Below, piece by piece: positions 59,038 through 64,000 of a DNA stretch of 64,000 nt. A program made the translations under genes and the position numbers. The notes under the pieces are model-generated. The model searched no databases and was not told the origin of the DNA. It saw only the letters and a program-made list of their open reading frames with translations. The number at the start of each line of letters is the position of its first letter. Position 1 is the stretch's first letter. Source of the DNA: Ochotona princeps (Eukaryota); NCBI RefSeq assembly GCF_030435755.1, contig NC_080837.1:45075563-45139562 (forward strand), in the 5' to 3' direction.

Positions 59038-59365
59038 GGCCTGGCTGTGCGGCCTAGCGGCTAAAGTCCTCGCCTTGAACAGCCGGGATCTCATATAGGT
59101 GCCGGTTCTAGTCCCAGCGGCTCCACTTCCCATCCAGCTCCCTGCTTGTGGCCTGGGAGAGCAGTCGAGGACGGCCCAAAGCTTTGGGACCCTGCACCCA
59201 CATGGGAGACCCGGGAGAGGTTCCTGGTTCCCGGCTTCGGATGAGTGCAGTACCAGCTGTTGCGCTCACTTGGGGAGTGAATCGTCGGACGGAAAATCTT
59301 CCTCTCTGTCTCTCCTCCTCTCTGTATATCTGACTTTGTAATAAAAATAAATAAATCTTTTTTAA
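59038..59365 (+). mobile_element. C-repeat SINE, near-consensus (young)
   Basis: gggcctggctgtgcggcctagcggctaaagtcctcgcc.. Confidence 0.9.
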
Positions 59366-59979
59366 AAACCTGCATATTTATATGTAATACATGAAATCTG
59401 TTCCCTTTATATAGATAAAAAAGAAAATTTGAAATCTCAAAAGAATAAATAGACACAAGTCAAGTACTTTGTAGGCTAGAATAAAAAAAAAATCAAGGGA
59501 GGCGCCATAAACAGCAGGAATAGAAAACAGAACTATATAAAGCACTCACTGTTCCTCTCCAACCACTCCCACAACTTTCTGGGTGCAGCAATGGAAACGC
59601 CCACAGGCAAGACTTAGGGGACTGCAATGGGGGCGGGGAGGGCAGGGGGCGGTGGCACACCATCTTCAGAAGGGTTCAGGAATGGAGGGCAGGTTGGCAG
59701 CAGCTGCAGAAGCACGTGAAGTGTTCTGCTCTACTGACATCTTTTCACCAGAAAAGCAGCAGCACAGCAGTCCTCATGCACTTCCCTTTCCTGTCTGGAA
59801 TGCATTCTCCCTTCTCTAACTGCTGGATTTCTGGGCAACCTTCAAAATCTGGGTCAAACTATACCCATTTGATGGTACCTTCCCTGGGTCAAGTTCACAG
59901 CTCCTTCCTCTGGACTGTTGCACGAGCATGTACTTACTTCTAAATCTACAGTCAAACTTACACTGAGGTGGTAGGCATA

Positions 59980-60235
59980 CCTTTAGCGTAGTGGTTAAGA
60001 CATTTTTTGGAATGCCCGCATACCATTTTGCAGCGCATGATTTGAGACACAGTTCTATTTCTGATTCCACCTTCCTCCCAATGCACACCCGGGAAAGCAA
60101 TGGGTGATCACTCAAGTGGTTGGGTCCCTATCACTCATTGGAGATACAGATTGAGTTCCTGGCTCCTGGCGCCTGGCCTCAGCCTGGCCCAGAACAAGCT
60201 GTTGTGTGCATTTGGTGATGAACCAAGAGGTGATG
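59980..60235 (+). mobile_element. C-repeat-related SINE, diverged
   Basis: KLHL33 3' flank. Confidence 0.6.
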
Positions 60236-61386
60236 AACCAAGTCTGTAATTTGCATAACCCCAGGAACCTGCATTGGGTAAAGTCAGCTGATTAGGAGTT
60301 CCATGGCTTTTGTATTCTTGATGCCTCATACCTTGCTTGGTATAGTAGATAATTATTAATTGTGTAAAGGACTAAGGAGAAATAAAATAATAAAAAAGAG
60401 GGAAGAAGGGCAGAACTAAAGGAGGGGACAGGAAGCATCTGTCTCATCTGGACCCACGGAAAAGGGAAATGAATTTAAAATTAACTCTGGGGGAGAGACA
60501 CTGAAAGGGGAAACAACTCTCTCGGGGCCTTTTCTGCCTCTCGCTCTTCTCCCGCCACTTCCCCTTACAACATGGGGCCTCATGCCACAACTGTTCTGTG
60601 TTTCACTCCAGACACCTGTGTTCTCACAAAGGCAGGGAAGGGAAGAAGCCACGCCACGCCTCTGACCTAACATCACCCCTCTGCAGACAGCACCTCCCTC
60701 CCTTAGCCTCTGCCCACACAACACTCCCACTTCACCATCCTGGGGGCCCATCTCAGGCTCCTTGTGCATCCAGCTCCCGATGGGAACTTCCGCCTCAAAT
60801 GGAAACTAAGAGGTACCTAGGGGCAAGCCTGTGGTGAGAGGGCAGACCAAACCCTAGGCTGGGTCCACAGACAGCTGAGAAGGCATACTGTCAAGAAGCA
60901 AGGACAGTAACGTGGAGCAGGTGTTGGAGAACAGAAGAGCTGGCCATTGGAAGTTCTCCACTCCACACTCCTCAAACTCACTCATGCTTGGCCTTTCCAC
61001 ACTTTCCTCCTTGACCCATGGGTCCAGATCACTTCTCTAACGTCCTTCACAGCCCCTGCTCTTTGGCTACTAGAGCTTCTTGAGCTCCCTCCATCAAGAT
61101 TCTCTAACCATTAGGCAGTCACTCCTGGGCTCGTCTCATTACTCAGGTAATCCAGCTGTCCCCCATCCTCAAGCCCTCTCCTCCTCCTGTCCTCAGGAGC
61201 TCTGCCACCACCTTATCCTCAATGGAGATCATACGTACAAAAGCAGTGCATGAGCTTGAAAGTCCTAGGTGAAAACAAAATGCTATCAAGAACAAATTCT
61301 TTTCTTCCTCCTCTCATAATCCCCATCCTTCTCTAAAGATGTTTCTTTCCTCTTCCTCCCATCGCTACCTTGCTGCTCATTCTTCA

Positions 61387-61936
61387 CCCAGCAGGCTTGG
61401 TTTGGTGCGGGGTGGGAGCCGAAGCTAGGTGCTGCACTGCAGGCAGGGCCAAGATGCAGGCAGGCATCTCAGCCCGAGGCTTTGGCAGAGTTCCAAGGCA
61501 CAGCCACCGGCCCAGACCAGGAGAGTAGGCATGGATAAGGTGTGAGATGGCATAGGTCCGGTGGCTATAGCCCCCCAGGACCAGCATCTCCCCTTGTAGC
61601 ACAGCACCTGCAGCCCCTACGTGGGGAGAGGGCAGAGGTGCCAGGCGACTCCAGCTATCAGTTCTTGGCTGATAGGCCTCAAAGCTCAGTAGGTCCCCAG
61701 TCTCTCCTATTCCTCCTGCCACATACAAACGTCCACCCAGAGCAGCCATGACGTGGCCAGCTCGAGGCACCCCCATAGGGCTCAGAAATGTTCCTGGATT
61801 CTCAAGTTTGGGGTCATAGTGCAGCAGTGAGGCCAGAAATTGGCCATTCTCACTACAGCCACCGCTCACATATAACCGGCCCTCCAAAATGGCAGCTGCA
61901 TGGGCAAAACACGGTGCTGGCAGTGCAGGAGCCGGC
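61387..61936 (-). CDS. KLHL33: KLHL33 last coding exon, kelch repeats (PAPALPAPCFAHAAAILEGRLYVSGG...YVAGGIGETGDLLSFEAYQPRTDSWSRL...VLGGYSHRTY...)
   Basis: anchored to ORF 61384-61887 (an alt-start artifact); acceptor cctgttctttcttag; stop at 61384-61386. Confidence 0.8.
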
Positions 61937-62033
61937 CTAAGAAAGAACAGGACACAAGATCAGGCCACAGGCATCGTCAATTCTTCCATTTCAAGTCTCC
62001 AGTCTCTCCCAGATACCCCGCAAGTCCTCTCAC

Positions 62034-62201
62034 CTCCAGACATTGAGCTCAGGGTTGTAGGATTCCACGGAACTGAGGGCAACACCATCATGTCGTCCTC
62101 CTAGGGCATAGAGTTGTCCATCCAGTGCCACCAGGGGGAACAAGCTCCGGGCCTGGCATAAAGATGCCACCTCTTCCCAGTCCTCTAGACAGGGATCCCA
62201 C
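62034..62201 (-). CDS. KLHL33: KLHL33 kelch exon (WDPCLEDWEEVASLCQARSLFPLVALDGQLYALGGRHDGVALSSVESYNPELNVW)
   Basis: acceptor ...ccactgtgtctag, donor gtgaga; phases join both neighbours. Confidence 0.78.
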
Positions 62202-62326
62202 CTAGACACAGTGGAACAAGAGATGGAGACAGACTGGCGAGTGTGCAGATAGCTGAGTCAGTGATTTCTCAGACCTGTCCACCTGGGACCCCGCCACACC
62301 CTACCCTCTCTTAAATGCCTCCATAC

Positions 62327-63207
62327 CTGAGAGTTGAAGCCAAGGTGTTGGAGTGGCTGTAGAAATCCTGTCCCCCACACACATAGAGCTCACTTCCTTC
62401 CAGGCTGGCGGCAGCATGCCTGAAGCGCCCTGGGGAAGGCAGGCCAGGGAACTGCCCCCACTCCACAGTCCTTACGAGTCCCATGCCACAGCGGAAGGCC
62501 TGGACCCACCACACTTTGCGGGATGGCTTTCTTCGGGCCATGTCTGGTCTGAGCCCGTCCCCACCAATCACCACCAGTGCCCGGTCAGGTTTTCTCCATC
62601 TCTGTTGACCTGGGACCTCAGCCTCCACCATCACCTGGTGCAGCAGTTCCGGGGGCAGAGGGGAGGGTAGCCCAGCTGCCCGCACCTTCCGAAGTTCCCT
62701 AGTTGACATGCGCCCGAAGCGGACACACTGCAGCAGGGCCTTGGCCTCTGACTCCTGCGTCTCGGGGTTGGCAGCCAGCCAACACCGTGCAGCCACAAAG
62801 GCCTCCAACTCTTCCTGGACGTGAAGCTCATCACTGTCTAGGAGCTCTGCCAGGCAGGCAGCTGGCAAAGAAGGGAAAGTGGGGCACAAAGCCACCGCGG
62901 GCAGGTGGGTGAGGAGGTAATGACGGGCTTTGCTCCAGAGCTGCTCCAGGCCAGGGGCTTCGGCCAGGGGGTATAGAGCCAGGCAGCGCGCAGGGCTGAG
63001 GCCTCGGGACAAAGCTCTCTGACAGACATCCAGGCAGGAAGAGCTCTGGTACTGCAGGGCGGCCTGTGCTGCTCTCAACAGCCCTGGCCACCTAGCCCGA
63101 ACAACCCCAGAGTAGGCAAAGGAGACAAGGAGTCGCAGGTCCTGAGCAGACATGGTGCGCAGAGACACCTGCGTGCCCTGGGATTCCCTCATCCTGCTCA
63201 GGAGCAT
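62327..63207 (-). CDS. KLHL33: KLHL33 large exon from the first in-window ATG (MLLSRMRESQGTQVSLRTMSAQDLRLLVSFAYSG ... ELYVCGGQDFYSHSNTLASTL); frame stays open upstream to 63423
   Basis: anchored to ORF 62311-63423; donor gtatgg at 62325; ATG at 63205-63207; upstream in-frame codons encode a BTB start (VHRAALACGSEFFGAML) preceded by an acceptor-like ctttctgcag at 63252. Confidence 0.7.
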
Positions 63208-64000
63208 GGCCCCGAAGAACTCGCTGCCACAGGCCAGGGCTGCTCGGTGCACTGCAGAAAGGGAAAAGCAGAGAGGACCCAGAGATTTGAAATGTTTCTG
63301 GGAACTACTCCAGCCCGGCAACCCCAAACTTCGGGCCAACCACCCACCCTCAAGGTTACAGCCTGAACTGTGGCATGCATCAGAAAACCTGGAGAACTTG
63401 TGAAAATTCTGATTCTGATCCACCTGGTCTGGAGAAGATGCTAGGGGGTTTATTTTTAAAATTTATGCCTCCTTGACCAATTTTCATATTAACGGTCTGA
63501 AGATGCCTTAGAACAATTAGAAAAAGAATCTCAAAAACCAAATAGAAAGGATGCTACAGTCGGCAACTTATACAGACTGTTTAGATTGTACATGGAATAA
63601 AGATGTTCCCTTATGACCACAGAACCACTGACACAGCTCATTCTCTGATCCTGTGTAGCACTCAGGAATGGCTGTTACCCCATCTCATTTGCTACCCAGC
63701 ATTCAGCACCTGAAACCCCCCATGTGCTCTGTATGTCCTCCACACAGCATTTCCCCACCTTGGCATCGTTCATGGGACTATGAGAACTGAAACATGAAAA
63801 CTTTGAGATCATCTAATTCTACTATTCATGTTAAGAACTGAGTTCTAGCAGAAGGCTGCGGGTTATTTTCTACTTCCAAGCAGTGGCTTTCTGATCAGTC
63901 ATCTCCACCCACTGTCAGCAATGTGAGGCCGCTATGAGTGTGCTTGTGTGCCAGCCCAGCCATGACCCTCGTGACAATGAAACTGTCCCTTTAACAAATA

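Larger units (their letters stand above)
61387..63423 (-). other. KLHL33: KLHL33 (kelch-like 33) gene, three 3'-terminal coding exons; the 5' end runs off the window
   Basis: Minus-strand spliced frame encodes a BTB/BACK region and kelch repeats (LYVCGG, QLYALGG, LYVSGG, LYVAGG, LVLGG); sits downstream of TEP1 as in human 14q11.2. Confidence 0.8.

Noticed and set aside
1-64000. The track's M-initial ORF boundaries
   Set aside because: The track treats TTG/GTG/CTG as starts (e.g. 'M' at 61887 is TTG, at 25544 is GTG). Its start coordinates carry no biological meaning in this spliced eukaryotic locus and were used only as frame/coordinate anchors.

Overview
This window is mammalian nuclear DNA, almost certainly rabbit (Oryctolagus cuniculus). 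The evidence is about 45 copies of the rabbit-specific tRNA-derived C-repeat SINE family, which make up roughly 20% of the sequence. The gene content and order match the human 14q11.2 block PARP2 -> TEP1 -> KLHL33.

Features placed:
- PARP2 (+ strand): the 13 3'-terminal coding exons (962-10129), including the ART catalytic domain, with stop codon at 10127-10129 and poly(A) signal near 10260.
- TEP1 (- strand): 51 coding exons between 12044 and 44861. All four domain regions are present: N-terminal 30-aa repeats with the start codon at 44835-44837; the TROVE region; the NACHT Walker A/B motifs; and a long WD40 array with the stop at 12044-12046. Poly(A) signal near 11975; ~8-10 further short exons remain unresolved.
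- A GC-rich CpG island at ~48.4-49.1 kb is the probable TEP1 promoter / noncoding exon 1.
- KLHL33 (- strand): three 3'-terminal coding exons (61387-63207+), with the reading frame still open at the window edge.
- Repeats: SINEs plus (CT)n, (TCCC)n, (GTTT)n, (AT)n, poly-A/T and poly-G microsatellites.

Methods and caveats:
- The supplied ORF track uses prokaryote-style alternative start codons. It is only useful here as a frame and coordinate anchor; real gene structure is spliced.
- Exon boundaries were placed from GT/AG sites, phase continuity between neighbouring exons, and conserved motifs. Those anchored to an ORF-track coordinate should be accurate to about +-1 nt, the others to +-3 nt.
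- Orthology calls rest on domain/motif recognition and remembered human sequence, not a database search.

I find no evidence for any prokaryotic or previously undescribed system in this window. The items worth a second look are ordinary eukaryotic annotation questions: an apparently N-terminally truncated KLHL33 model, TEP1 repeat copy number, unresolved small exons, and weak splice donors.
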